Shown: positions 41,626 to 54,412 of the stretch, piece by piece
How positions within the stretch are numbered: position 1 is the first letter of the stretch
How the letters are laid out: each line of letters opens with the position of its first letter
Made by a program: the position numbers and the translations under genes
Notes under the pieces: generated by a model
What the model was told of the DNA's origin: nothing
The model's database searches: none
Seen by the model: the letters and a program-made list of their open reading frames with translations, nothing else
Origin: Octopus bimaculoides
Taxonomy: Eukaryota
Reading direction: 5' to 3'
NCBI RefSeq assembly: GCF_001194135.2
Contig: NC_068988.1
Location: 31,251,895 to 31,315,894, forward strand
Length of the DNA stretch: 64,000 nucleotides

Positions 41626-41786
41626 TTTCAAATTTTTGCCACAAGGGCAACTTGGGGGAGGAGATTAAATCAATAACATGGACCCCAGTGCGTAACTGGT
41701 ACTTATTTAATCGACCCTGAAAGGATGAAAGGCAAAGTCGACCTCGGCGGAATTTGAACTCAGAACGTAGCGACGGGCGAAATACC
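41626..41786 (-). mobile_element. SINE family A, 5'-truncated (third of the train)
   Basis: Core and B box intact (GTCGACCTCGGCGGAATTTGAACTCAGAACG); head replaced by CAC/CAT repeats. Confidence 0.85.
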
Positions 41787-41957
41787 ACCATCATCATCGT
41801 CGTCTTCGTCGTCGCCGTTGTCGTCATCGTCATCGTCATCTTCAACGCGGTCATCATCATCATCACCATCGCAAAAACCATTACCACTAGCACCACTACT
41901 ATCACCATCATCACCACCGTCACTATTTCCACCAACACGATCACAACCACCACCACC

Positions 41958-41989
<32 letters not shown>

Positions 41990-42320
41990 CAAAAACAGCA
42001 ACAGCAACAACCATCTCTTCCTCATCATCAGCATTAACAAAAGCAGCAGTAACATCATTTTGTATCATCATTGTCTGTCCATATTCTTCATTGGTATCTT
42101 AAATTTCCAGCATCACACATCATATCCAACATCTACTTTATAAATGCAAAACAATATTCTCAGACATATAAAACAGGAAAACCATATTTTTGTTGATCTT
42201 TGACAAATGTTTCAGATCAAGTTCCACCTGCTATGTTCAAAATACAAAATATAATTTGTAACATTGTATATTTCTCTACTTCCAGTTTCCTATATCCTGT
42301 CACTGCAGTCTCTCCCTCCC

Positions 42321-42376
<56 letters not shown>

Positions 42377-42770
42377 CCTCTCTCTCTCTCTCTCTTTCAC
42401 TTTTTCTTTGTTGCTAATCTATATAGGATTCTCTTACATGACAGTAACGAAATGTTACATGGATGCATACATTTGATATTATTCCAAGAAAACACTCCCG
42501 ATAGTACACATTTCCAGTGACGAGAAAACTAGGATATATGTTCATTTTACAGTGGTATTTTACTATGCTCAGAGAATCAGTTGATTGACAGTCTAAATGT
42601 CTTGCTGTATACACTTGACTGGCGTTGCTGATTCTAGCCAGGTCTGTGTTTTCAATCCTGTACAAGGCAAAGTTAATATATTCAGATCGTCAACTCTATA
42701 TGATGTTCCAAATTATTTTCAAACAAAATTTTCGTTCACTTTACTAGCCATACAACACACACACGCACTC

Positions 42771-42873
<103 letters not shown>

Positions 42874-43305
42874 TATACTAGTGCGGACTCGCTAACACAA
42901 GTTTTTATACATATTTAACCTCATTTACATTCATCTTTAACCTCAAAGCATAAATCAGCATTTATGGTTTTCGAAGAACTAGGAGAAAGGTATGAGGGAC
43001 GCCTGATGTGTGAAAAAATGAGTTGTGATATATAATTGGAACGATTGACCTGTTGATCAAATCCTTAAAAAATCAGAGGTTGATTGCTTATATTTCATAG
43101 GGTTCAGCGGTTGAGCCTATTAGTGTTTGTACAACAATAACACACAGATCAGAACAGAAATTACACCAGGAACATCATCACAACTGCCTCTGTCATCATG
43201 ATACTCATCAATCGTCATTAGCAAAGTTACCATCGACGCCAACTCTAATATCATCGACTCCGACCCCACCATCATCATCGTTCTTGATGTCGTTGTCGTC
43301 GTTTT

Positions 43306-43357
43306 CATCGACGTTGTCATCGACGTTGTCATCGACGTTGTCATCGACGTTGTCATC
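43306..43357. repeat. 12-bp tandem repeat (CATCGACGTTGT) x4
   Basis: Directly visible. Confidence 0.85.
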
Positions 43358-43409
43358 GTCGTCGTCGAAGTATCGTTCATCACTTACATTTATTATCACC
43401 GGACAAAAT

Positions 43410-44570
43410 TATTGGGTCATCCCATAAATAATGCGGTTTTTCTATACTTCTTTTATTTTTTAAAATTAAGATAAACAAAGTTCTTTTTTAATCCAAAATA
43501 TACTCTCTTTTATTTTCTACAATGCCCTTCGACCTGTCAGGTAAACTTGCAAGACTCCTCTTCCAATATTCACTTTTCCGTGACGAAAGATACTCTTCTA
43601 GTACTATTCTGACCTCGTCTACAGAAGTCATATTTTTTCCCGTTCAAATGATATTAAGACTGCGAAATAAATGATAATCAGATGGGACAATATCCGCGAA
43701 TAAGGCGAGTGGGGCATCGCTTCTCATTCAAACTGCTCCAGCCTTTGGAATGTCATCTTCAGGGTATGTGGCCGAGCATTATCTTGATGGTCGTTTTTCT
43801 TCCAGCGTTGCTTTAAGCCGCTCAAGCTGCTTGCAGTAGATCTCCTTTGTCATCGCTTGGATTGGGTTTCAAAGTTTAAAGTGGACTAAACCTTTCATAT
43901 GCCAGTTAACAGTTAACAGTTAACAGCACCTTACGTGGGTGAAAACCTTCTTTAACCTGGGGTGCTGGTGTTTCTCCTTCCCCTAACCACTGTCTTCGGG
44001 GCTTCACATTTTTATAGAGAACCCATTTCTCGACGTCGGTCACTATTCAGTCCCCAAAATGGTTCATTCGTGAGACGTAACAAAAAGGAGAACACATTCA
44101 CTTTCTGCGCGCGATTAGACTCGGAAAGTTTGTGAAGAACCCATTGACCCAATTTGCAGACATTTCCGATGGCACACAGGAGTCGATGAATGGTTGAATG
44201 ATCAAATCCAAGTTTCTCTGCTAGTTCCTCAGCAGTTACGATGGGACTTTGTTCCACCAGGATTTGCAGGACGTCCTCGTCGAGTTCTACAGATCTTCCA
44301 GGACGAGGGTCGTCTTCTAGGATGTAGCTTCTGGCTCGGAATTTCTGGACCTACCGTTGACACTGGCTTACGCTTATTGTCCAATCCCCATGTATTGTAT
44401 TAATATTCCTCGCACTTTCCGTTACGTTGTTTCCTTTATTGAACTCATAAAGCAAAATACGCCGAATATGCTCCTTTGTCACTTCCATTATAGCTTAGAA
44501 AATATAACTGTTACAATCGAATTGCACTTTTCAAAACTTGCACTAAGAATAAGAACACGGAAAAATTACT
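43410..44570 (-). mobile_element. Mariner (DD34D-type) transposon, decayed
   Basis: ELAEKLGFDHSTIHRLL..IG.V.KLGQWVLHKLSE (HTH plus WVPHEL-like linker), then catalytic-region remnants (HPRKVLL, KEIYCKQLERL). One TIR TA-TTGGGTCATCCCATAAATAATGCGG at 43410; the other TIR is unclear. Confidence 0.85.
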
Positions 44571-44649
44571 ACCTGCTTTTATAGCAAGTTGATCCAGGTA
44601 ATTTATCCCATCCTCATCCGACATTTAGTGCATACAGTTGAAGAAAATG

Positions 44650-45090
44650 CTTCCTTTATGAGCGGACTTAATATTAGAGGTTTCTTTTTTTGGCTTTACC
44701 TTCTGAGCCCAAATGCTGCTGAAGTTGAATTTGTTTCCATCGGTTCGGAGTCGCTAAAACAAGCACCAGTCAAGCGTTGGGATTGATGATATCAACTTAT
44801 ACCTTATTCTAAAATTGCTGGCTTTGTGCTAAAATTTGAAACCAATGTTATTACTTTTATCATTAGGGCGGTGTATTGGCGCGTTGGAGCGGCGTGGGAA
44901 GAATTGGCAGTGACAGAATCGTTAGCTCGTCTGACAAAATGCTTACGGCATTTCGCACGTCGTTATGTTCTGAGTTCAAATTCCGTCGAGTTCGATTATA
45001 CCTTTCGGTGTCAATAAACTAAGAACAAGTTGACCATTGTGACCGATGTAATTGACTATCTCCCTCCCTCACAAAATTCGGGCAATGTAT
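44650..45090 (+). mobile_element. Two degenerate family A SINEs in tandem
   Basis: CTTCTGAGCCCAAATGC..TTGTGCTAAAATTTGAAACC, then GACAGAATCGTTAGC..GTTCTGAGTTCAAATTCC. Confidence 0.7.
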
Positions 45091-45529
45091 CATCGTTATC
45101 CATAACAGTATCACCCTTATTCTCACCATTATCATAGTCATCGTCACCATCACCATCGCCATCACCTTCATCATCATCATCTTCATTGTCGTAGTCCTCA
45201 TCATCATATCATCCTCATCATCATTAACTTTCTTCCCTCCTCTTCTTCTTCATGATCATCGTCGTCGTCGTCGTCATCCTCCTCCTCATGATCATCATCA
45301 CCATCATGGTCGTTGTCGTCGTCATGGTTGTTATTGTCTTTTCAACATCACACCTTAGGTCCATTATCACTTTTAGAAATAGAAAATATTTTCATATACG
45401 AAAGAATACCGTATTTTGCTGAACCTTGGCAAATGGTTTGGATCAAATTCCACTTGCTTTGCCCAACATACAAGCTATAATATTTAATACACTCTCTTTC
45501 TTCCTCTTAGTTTCTCCCTTACTCTTTTA

Positions 45530-45581
<52 letters not shown>

Positions 45582-47134
45582 GTATAGCCTATAACTTCAT
45601 TGTTTCCCCTTCTCTTCATTTTCTCTCCCTATCATTCTTGCTCCCAACCTTTCTTTCTCTCTCACCCACTTTATTATCGTTGCCGCCTGTTGTCACGTCT
45701 CTTACAATCTACTAGCAAAAGGCAGACACGAATACATAAATTTGATAATAGTATATCACAACATTTCGAGATAAATCAACCGATGATACCACTTTCGAAC
45801 GAGTTTAAAACAAGGTTGTATTCTCATTCATGGAATATATAGGATAAACAACTGTATTTCATACAATATTGCCCAGAGACTACTTCATTGTCACTGTCGG
45901 CGTCAAGAACATCATCATCAGAAACACGAGTGCTAAAATACTTTTATTAGTGAGCTAATAAATTTTTGATCACCTAAAATTACTTCCGTTGAGATGAATA
46001 AAGTAGCTATGTAAATAAATCTGGTACGTAAGAGAAACGGACCGGAATTAAAATTAATTAGAATTAATTAAATACAGAATGTATAATTTAAAACTAATTA
46101 AATAGAGAAACTTTATTAAATTCAGAAATAGAAAATCACATGAATATAGAAATATATAGAATTTATTTAATGACTAGTCGGTTAGATGGTATTGTTCTAT
46201 GAGTGTTGAGAATTATGTCGTACAATAAGTACTTCTTAAACATTTACAGTTATCCTGCCTTTTCTTTAATTGGCACTTTTTCAGCGCCCTTCCTTGTTAC
46301 ATTCAATACTTTCCATTTTTAGTGTAATACATGTAATATAAGGCCAGAGTAACCAAGTTCCCTTGAGAGCAATCTAGTTCCGGTCAGAGTAATCTAATTT
46401 AACGCAGGTGATTACTTATGAAAGCACCAAGTAGAGGCGAATTTAGCAGCATGGTAGGATTAATTGTCACCACATATGTAACCGAGACTGTTGGACGTTC
46501 TCTAAACAATACTCTACCTCTTCATTTTCATGTACATCCCTAACTAAGACCTTGGATGATCAAGTACAAAGAGCAAAAGCTCTCCAGCCTTAAGCATTCT
46601 GTAATGAGATTGCACTATACAAAATATCCTTTTTAGAATTATTGTAAAATAGGATTTGATGAAGATTTGGCTGTTATTTTTAGCAGGTAGGGCAACTGCT
46701 TAAAGACTTCCTCGCATGTTGTTGATAGCGATGGCGTCATCCATATTTTGTTTGGAGATATTAATATTGATTTCTGTTGTTTAGTCCCAAAATGTAAGCA
46801 AACATTTTGTCAAAAGACATTCCGGTCGTGACGATTCTGTTTGTTTTTTTTTCCATTATGGTGTATCTTGATCTTAAGCATCCGATATGTCTTCCACCAA
46901 TATAACATCAGGACGTAATTTGAGAGTGATGTCGAAGTTATATCAAGCAGGTCGAGTAAGATAACACACAAAGAATATCTTATTGACTGGAAGGAGTTAA
47001 CATGTTAGAAATCATAGAAATAAATATCTGACAGCTGTTAGTTTACTGCATGTACATTCTGATCTCAAATGCTACAAGCTATTAACTCATTGCAGTTCCT
47101 TTAAACCTGCAGCTATACAGTTATTCAAATGAGC

Positions 47135-47295
47135 CAGGCATAGCGGTGTGGTTAAGAAACCTTTACGCAATTACTAGGATTCAAGATTCAGTCCACTGGG
47201 AGGCAGCTCAGTGAAATAACTTCCAACATAGCTCCGAATTACTCAATTGCTTGTAAATGAAACTTGGCTTGAGAGAACTGTGAGGAAGCCCATCA
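47135..47295 (+). mobile_element. SINE family B, degenerate 5' half
   Basis: GGTGTGGTTAAGAA head, GATTCAGTCC, AACTGTGAGGAAGCCC (cf. AACTGAAAGAAGCCC). Confidence 0.5.
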
Positions 47296-47799
47296 TTGGG
47301 ACGTTTCGTGATTTTGATCGATAAACTTCATACATTGCCTTGTTTAACACCAGTATATGGTGTTTCAGTGCCTTGATAGAATTCACTCTTTGGTGTAGGG
47401 TTTAGTCTCCAGATACCTCCATCTCTTTATCCTTTTATCTCTTCCTCAGTCAGTCTCAGAAGGCTTGGAAACTATCATTGGAACTGCTCGCCCTCCCTTG
47501 ACTCAGTAACCTTGTCAGAAAATTAGTGAAAGACAAACAAAAAATTCTTCCCTCGTTGAATAGTTATGATGAGACGTTGATTTCAACTTTTCCCAGTTGT
47601 GCTTTAGCTTGTTTTCTTTGAGATGTTTTCAAGGAAATGTTCTTCTAGTTCAGCTGCAATATTAAAGTGCTAGGTCTTGAATTGTTCTGCTTCATACTAC
47701 TGAGTCAAAGCAGACTGTCTTGATTATGAGAAGACTTTGATTGATCAATCTATAAAATCAAAGAATTCTTCACTTCATTAGTGAATCGGTAACTAGTTG

Positions 47800-47863
<64 letters not shown>

Positions 47864-48160
47864 TCCTTCAATAAATATCCTACCTAGAAGGAAACTTTTA
47901 TATTTTCCTTCTAGATCCCATCGACGATCTAGAGGTTAAGTAAACAACCCATCCAGATCGTGGGAAGTAGGACTTTAGTTCTTCTTCCATCGATCTCATC
48001 ACATTTTCTGAAAAGAACTGGTAACTATATGGATCACGATTGCCATCAGACATTCTAACACCCAATTCTGTGGTGCGTTATTGATATTCTCCTAGTATTT
48101 GTCATCCATATCGGTACTTCATTTCCTATACAGTCAATAAGAAAGTTTTTTTGATATATA

Positions 48161-48556
48161 AGCGCAGGAGTGGCTGTGTGGTAAGTAGCTTGCTTACCAA
48201 CCACATGGTTCCGGGTTCAGTCCCACTGCGTGGCACCTTGGATGAGTGTCTTCTACTATAGCCTCGGGCCGACCAAAGCCTTGTGAGTGGATTTGGTAGA
48301 CGGAAACTGAAAGAAGCCCGTCGTATATATGTATATGTGTGTGTTTGTGTGTCTGTGTTTGTCCCCCCAACATCGCTTGACAACCGATGCTGTTGTGTTT
48401 ACGTCCCCGTAACCTGGCGGTTCGGCAAAAGAGACCGATAGAATAAGTACTAGGCTTACAAAGAATAAGTCTTGGGGTCGATTTGCTCGACTAAAGTCGG
48501 TACTCCAGCATGGCCGCAGTCAAATTACTGAAACAAGTAAAAGAGTTAAAAGAGTA
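48161..48556 (+). mobile_element. tRNA-derived SINE family B, full length and well preserved
   Basis: A box TGGCTGTGTGG (48171), B box GGGTTCAGTCCC (48213), CORE-like GGCACCTTGGATGAGTGTCTTCT, internal TA/TG tract, AAAAGAG(T) tail. Confidence 0.9.
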
Positions 48557-49709
48557 TAAATATATAACTGCATGTCGGTGGAAGTTTAAAACCAGAATCT
48601 GTGAGTAATATCGGGTTCAGGGGCTTCCAAGTTGAAATCTTTTGAACAATCTATACTTTCTCCAGTGTTATAATCTCTTCTCTTGATTTGTTTTCCCATT
48701 ACACCTTAATCTAAAGTAACCAATCCGTTCCCTATTGTGTTGGATCTCCTTTCACTAAATATCTCATCAAAAGTTCTTTGCTACTTCAGCATATCATATT
48801 TCATTCTCCTGATGTTCATTCTCATTGTTCAGCTGTTGTTAAAATTTCCTTTATTTGTTTGTAAACAGTCTGTTCTGCTGATACTGATTTATTTGTTTTT
48901 GTTTATACCTAGTATTTTACCTGTATTTGCTTTAACTTAGTGTCTTATCTTTTTTTCTCAACAACCTCTAATCCTCAGTGTTTGATGTTATACTTTCTCT
49001 GATATTCGACGTTACTATGTCTTTCCTTCAGCAACTTGTTTTCAGTTAATGTGTTTCTTTTTCTAAGATCGTTTTTGAGCTGCTTGACTTGATTCTCAAG
49101 TCTCTTTTCCCTCAATAATTCTTTGATTCCTTTTCTACTCTACTTATATCTCCCAAAATCTCTGCAATTGAGGTTGTACTCTATATAAAGTCATTTACAC
49201 CTGTTATTTTCTCAACATTGATTTTTTCACTTATAGTTTATCCAGCGTATTTAACTGATTTTCGTAGCTTTTCACTTTCATTTCCCTTCAAAGCTGGTAA
49301 TCTCCTTCAGACTTCACTTCATGTCTCAATCAAACTTGAAATAAGCTTTTCTCCCCTTCTTTAAAATCTTTTCTCTCACTCTCTCTCTCACTATGAACTT
49401 TTTCTCTTGATCATTAAATGGTCTTCTCCTAATTTTTTGTTTAATTTCCTCCTTCGATGTAAACATATTCTTCATTTGCCATTGTTTTGACAATTTACTC
49501 CTGTTCTGACTGAGATAAATATTGCTTTCACTTTATCTATTTATTTTTTAATTTAGAAGACTTTGTTTTCCAACTGAAAGCTCATTTTTCTGTATTCTAT
49601 TTTGGAAATTCATTTCTGTAATAGCATTCTCCGGTGATTCTGTAGTTATTCTGTGATCGTCTTTTAGCACATGCAACAAAACTTGAGTAACAACAAGGTC
49701 CATCTCGCT

Positions 49710-49903
49710 GTACAGAATTATTAGTGCACCGGGGAAAATGCTTAGCGGCATTTCGCCCGCCTTTACGTTCTGAGTTCAAATTCTGTCGAGCTTGATTTTC
49801 ACTTTCATCTTTTCGAGGTCGTTAAAATAAGTACCAGTCGAACACTGGCGTCGATGTAATCGATTTACTCCTTGCCTCGAACTTGCTGGCTTTGTGCCAA
49901 AAT
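49710..49903 (+). mobile_element. SINE family A with (TTC)n-(TTA)n tail
   Basis: Standard core and 3' end CTTTGTGCCAAAA. Confidence 0.85.
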
Positions 49904-50003
49904 TCTTCTTCTTCTTCTTCTTCTTCTTCTTCTTCTTCTTCTTCTTCTTCTTCTTCTTCTTCTTCTTCTTCTTCTTCTTCTTCTCATTATTATTATTATT
50001 ATT

Positions 50004-51393
50004 GCCTTTGCACAGTCTCTAACGCTGGAGATGTACTACAGTGTCAACTGTTCACTACCAGTGAACAAATATAACACTTCTTATTTTTCGAACACCTTCC
50101 GGAATATTCGAGCGGTTCCAAGCAGTGCTGTTTCCTGCAAGTGCTCCACCCTTATTGCAGCCCCTATTTGTTCCAAGTAATTCTAGAGATTTTTGCTCAT
50201 TGTTCCCAGGGCTCCGACAATTATTGGTACTACTGCTACCTTTTTCCTCGACCACAACTGCTTAACTTCCCAAGCTAACCTGTCATATCTCTCGACTTTT
50301 CTTTCTTCCTTATCGCATACTTTGCTGTTAACTGGGCATGCTATGTCTATGATCCAGCATAGTTTGTTTTCTTCCTCAATTAAGACTATGTCCGGCTTCC
50401 TATTCACTATCTCATCGTCGCACTGAATCATAAAATCCCATAGGATCTTTGCAATTCTATGTTCGACAATGCCTTCAGGTTTGTGGTCGTACCAATGTTT
50501 TGCAGAGTGTCCAATGGACAAGCCTGGCTATATTGTCGTAGCGTCTCTTATATTCCTTCTGGGCCAGTGGCGTACATTGGTTGGTAATATGCCATACGAT
50601 TTCACCGTTTTGTCCACAGATTCTGCACTTATCACTTTCTGCCGTGTTGTCCTGTATTTTATGTAGTTTGTTCTTAGTGCTTGCTCTTGGGAAGAACAGA
50701 TTAGATCCTCCGTTTCCGGTTTTAAATCACCTTTAATCATCCACAGCCATCTATTTTCTGTTTGTCTTATCTTCAACACCTCTATGAAATTAACCATGCA
50801 TTCATTTCTTTACCCACATATTTTCAGTTTCAGTCGTTTTCAATTTCTTGTATAGTGCGTTGTCTTTGCAATCTTTAATCCTACACAAGCCTGACCTTCC
50901 TACTTCTAATAATAGCGGTTCTGTGACATTGTTTACATACCATGCTACGTTGTTTTCTTCTGCTCTAATGCTGTGTTCGCATCCAATAATTTCTCTTCCT
51001 CCACCTTTTCTTGGTACATACAATCTGTCTGTGTCACGTTTTGGGTGGAGTGACCCATATCTAGTTAGCAACTTCCTTGTCTTTCTGTCTAAGCTGTTTA
51101 GTTCGTCTACTGTCCATGCGATTACCCCTGCTCCATATCTAAGGAGTGAAACCGCCCAGGTGTTGATAGCTTCGATCTTATTCCGTCCGTTTAATTTCGA
51201 CTTAAGGATCAGTCTCAGTCTACGCAAGTACTCCACCTTAAATTTTTCTGTCATTTCTTTCTCCATCAATTTATCCATTTCCAAAATCCCCAAGTACTTA
51301 TAGCCCGTCTCTTCTATCTGCTTCATAACCTCCCCCGACGGTATCGTTAGTCCGTCCATACATTTGCCTCTCTTCAATACTAGCACATCACAC

Positions 51394-51396
<3 letters not shown>
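50004..51396 (-). mobile_element. 5'-truncated R4/Dong-like RLE retrotransposon, pseudogenised (different subfamily from 39190-40630)
   Basis: KCDVLVLKRGK, YKYLGILEMD, KLNGRNKIEAINTWAVSLLRYGAG, LDRKTRKLL, DRLYVPRKGGG, GDLKPETE..QEQALRTNY, KILWDFMIQCD..RKPDIVLI..IIDIACP..K, VVPIIVGALG; (TTA)n on both sides. Confidence 0.92.
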
Positions 51397-51456
<60 letters not shown>

Positions 51457-51559
51457 TCCATTAGCGTATTTTTTCAATTCTGTTTCCNNNNNNNNNNCCC
51501 CCCACCCCCCACCCACAACCACCACTACCCCAACCAAATCCACCAACGCACTCTCACCA

Positions 51560-52240
51560 AATGTAGATCCCAAAAGAAAGCTCACGGTTACGAATACGAA
51601 AACACCGACTTACGTGCTCGTGAGGAGTGCCAACAAATTTTGTAGGCTCTCATAGCCAGAAACAAGGAGATTGAGAGAGAGAGAGAGGGTGCAATTTACG
51701 ACACCAGCATCCTTAGGGTTCCGGATCACTCAGTGCTAAATCAGCTACCACTCAAACCATACAAAGAAATTCAGAAGGATTTCCCGCATGAGAGATTTCC
51801 TGCCTGGTGGCTATAGTGAAGGAGGTAGTGTGGTAGACGAGGCTGAAAGGACTGTAGACAGACACTTTCCTCTTCGACCGACCCTTCATCGACTCTTTCA
51901 AGCTTCACTTGAAAAGGCAATTTTGTTGAAAGGTGGTTGAATGATGCGAAAATGGCTCATGGGAATGGATTTCCTCTGAATACCCGTCTGTAAGACGAAG
52001 CAGTTGAGGAGAACAGGGGTGCCTATACAGTGTGCCCTTGGCAGCCGGGGTGATCAGGACGTATGGTGTGCCCTGGTTAGCATTGGGTGGAACTTCCCCT
52101 ACTGGGGAATTTTGTTCCTTAACTTTTTTGTTAACTGTTTTTGTTTTTTTATTGTTTACACGTTTTCTGCTTTAAACCCCACTTGTCCCTTGTTTTGTAT
52201 GGTCCCTATATGTTTTAGTTTTCGGCCTTTGTGGACAATA
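51560..52240 (+). mobile_element. 3' end of a Tx1/L1-like LINE (degenerate)
   Basis: CLVAIVKEVVW*TRLKGL*TDTFL..FKLHLKR then FVERWLN, resembling a Tx1-type ORF2 C-terminus; T-rich 3'UTR ending AATAAAGAAAG before (ATT)n. Confidence 0.5.
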
Positions 52241-52248
52241 AAGAAAGA

Positions 52249-52302
<54 letters not shown>

Positions 52303-52314
52303 GTTATTATGATG

Positions 52315-52530
52315 AGGCAGCGAGCTGGCAGAATCGTTAGCATGTTGGACAAAATGCTTAGCGGTATTTCGCCCGTCGCTACGTTCTAAGTTCAAATTTT
52401 GCCGAGGTCGTCTTTGTCTTTCATGCTTTCGAGGTCGATAAATAAAGTACCAGCGAAACACTGGAGTCGATATAATCGACTTAAACTCTGCTCCAAAATG
52501 GCTGCCCTTGTGACAAAATTTGAAAACATT
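52315..52530 (+). mobile_element. SINE family A
   Basis: Full length; preceded by (TTA)n. Confidence 0.9.
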
Positions 52531-52555
52531 ATCATCATCATCATCATCATCATCA

Positions 52556-52586
<31 letters not shown>

Positions 52587-52589
52587 AAT

Positions 52590-52800
52590 AAGGAAGCCAG
52601 ATGGCAGAATCATTAGCACGCCGGGCTAAATGGTTAGTGGTATTTCGTCTGGAACTACGTTCTGAGTTCAAATTCCGCCGAGGACGACTTTGCCTTTCAT
52701 CCTTTCGGGATCGATAAATTAGGTACCAGTGAAACACTTGGGTCGGTGTAATCGATTAGTCCCCTCCCTCAAAATGTGTGCCTTTCGTAGAAAGGATTAT
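52590..52800 (+). mobile_element. SINE family A
   Basis: Full length; alternative 3' end TGCCTTTCGTAGAAAGGATTATT. Confidence 0.9.
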
Positions 52801-52809
52801 TATCATCGT

Positions 52810-52912
52810 TGGAATTTGAACTCGGCGGAATATAAACATATTACGTAGTGACGGGCGAAATGCCGTTAAGCATTTCGGCCAGCGTGCTAAGAATTCTGTC
52901 AGCTTGCCGCGT
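52810..52912 (-). mobile_element. SINE family A, 5' half, inverted relative to the preceding copy
   Basis: GGAATTTGAACTC..GGGCGAAATGCCGTTAAGCATTTCG..TCAGCTTGCCGC followed by (TAA)n. Confidence 0.8.
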
Positions 52913-52944
52913 TAATAATAATAATAATGATAATAATAACAATA

Positions 52945-53127
52945 ATAGTTTTAAATTTTTCCATAGACGCAGCAATTTACATCGACCCCCTCAGTTCAAC
53001 TGGTACTTATTTTAGCAACCCCGAAAGGATGAAAAGTGGCAGCATTTGAACTCAGAAAGTAGCGACGGACGAAATACTGCTAAGCATTTCGTTCAGCACT
53101 CTAACGATTCTGCCAGTTCGCCGCCTT
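52945..53127 (-). mobile_element. SINE family A
   Basis: Reverse-complement core and head GCCAGTTCGCCGCCTT followed by (TAA)n. Confidence 0.8.
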
Positions 53128-53160
53128 AATAATAATAAGAAGAGTAAGAATAAGAATAAG

Positions 53161-53610
53161 AATGTTATCTGATTTTACAGTTATCCTCTGAGTTGATTAT
53201 GAGTTCGGTGGATAGTTTTTGGGGGCCTATGAATGTAGCCAATTTTATAGCTAAAATGCAAGTAGTTGTGTGGTGGAAGGGATTCAAAGCAATGCAGACT
53301 GACACTTTCCTTTTAGGTCAAAAACGCATCAAATATCATTGTGATAAGAAGATGGAAATGGAGAATGTGTTGCCCCCAAGCAAGTTTTCTTAAAAGTCGT
53401 TGAGAATAGCAAATATAGTTCTAGTGAATGTATTTTTATTTCGTTATGTCTGGCAGATGTGATTCATTAATCACAAGTGCAAATTATTATCTGACAGGTT
53501 TTTCATTAGTTGGCAATGTAGACTTCCTCTAACATCTGCCGGACAAAGAATTAATCAAGCATTTTAATTCGGGAATATAACTCTTTCATTGAAGTTTAGA
53601 CATCAAATAA
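53161..53610 (+). repeat. ~450-bp segment duplicated at 55896-56275 plus 57053-57101
   Basis: Collinear blocks such as TTTTAGGTCAAAAACGCATCAA, CCCCAAGCAAGTTTTCT, AATATAGTTCTAGTGAATG and TTTTAATTCGGGAATATAAC occur in both places. Confidence 0.85.
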
Positions 53611-53634
53611 GTTACCATGCATCCCGAAAGGATG

Positions 53635-54132
53635 CAGGGACGGCAGCTCGGAAAACTCATTTTGATTGTTTTGATAAGAAAAGAGCACCTGCATTTGTTG
53701 GTGAAATCCAGGCAATGATTGATAACTGCCCCTCACAGTCAAACAAGTCCATCGCCAGGGATATGGGGGTGTCTGAGTTTCTTATCTGGCAGGTAGTACA
53801 TCGAGACATTCGGAATTCCTCATACAAGATGAGAAAGGGCCAATTTTTATCCCAAGTCATCATAGACAAGAGGAAAGACCGCTCTACGAAGCTTTTGAAC
53901 AAAATCAAGCATCCCCTTCAACCGAACATGCTTTGGTTCTTAGGCGAGAAAAAATTCTGCCAAGATCAGATGCTGAATACACAGAGCAACCCTTGGCTTG
54001 CTGTGTCCACAAAACATGTACAGAGAGTGATAAATATCAAACATCCAGTCAGCATCATGGTGTTTAGAGTGACCACTAGTGATGGCGACGTTCTGCCTCC
54101 ATTCATCTTCCCACGTGGCCTCACACTCAACA
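53635..54132 (+). mobile_element. Tc1/mariner-superfamily transposase fragment, maT/DD37D-like
   Basis: GTAARKT..FVGEIQAMID..SIARDMGVSE (HTH), YKMRKGQFLS, LWFLGEKKFCQDQ (cf. FSDEK.F), KHPVSIMVF..TSDGDVLPPFIFP.GL.LN; truncated at both ends. Confidence 0.8.
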
Positions 54133-54199
54133 AGTTGCCTCCCCAAGCAACTCATGTGGGCAAAATTTGAAATAATAATAATAATAATTATTATTATTA

Positions 54200-54412
54200 A
54201 GGCAGTGAGCTGGCAGGATACTTAGTGCGCTGAACGAAATGCTTAGCGTTGTTTTGCCCGTCGCAATTTTCTGAGTTCAAATTCCGTCGAGGTCGACGTT
54301 ACGTTTCATCCTTTCAGGGTTGATAAAATAAGTACCAGTTGAAAACTGAGGTCGATGTAAACGACACAACTCCTCTCCCCAAATTGCTACCCTTGTGACG
54401 AAATTTGAAACC
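54200..54412 (+). mobile_element. SINE family A
   Basis: Full length; (TTA)n before and (ATT)n after. Confidence 0.9.

Larger units (their letters stand above)
46260..49550 (-). mobile_element. Old, heavily decayed R4/Dong-like retrotransposon interrupted by SINEs and (CTA)n
   Basis: Minus-strand remnants in the expected order: QRKYNIKH.GLEVVE, GTDWL, EVPIWMT, AQLGKVEIN, then LD..DR and VTRKG-like traces of the R4/Dong ORF; many stops and frameshifts. Confidence 0.55.

Noticed and set aside
41030-41786. Repeat-spacer-like periodicity resembling a CRISPR array
   Set aside because: The units are ~200-bp diverged SINEs separated by microsatellites in a eukaryotic genome; no cas genes.
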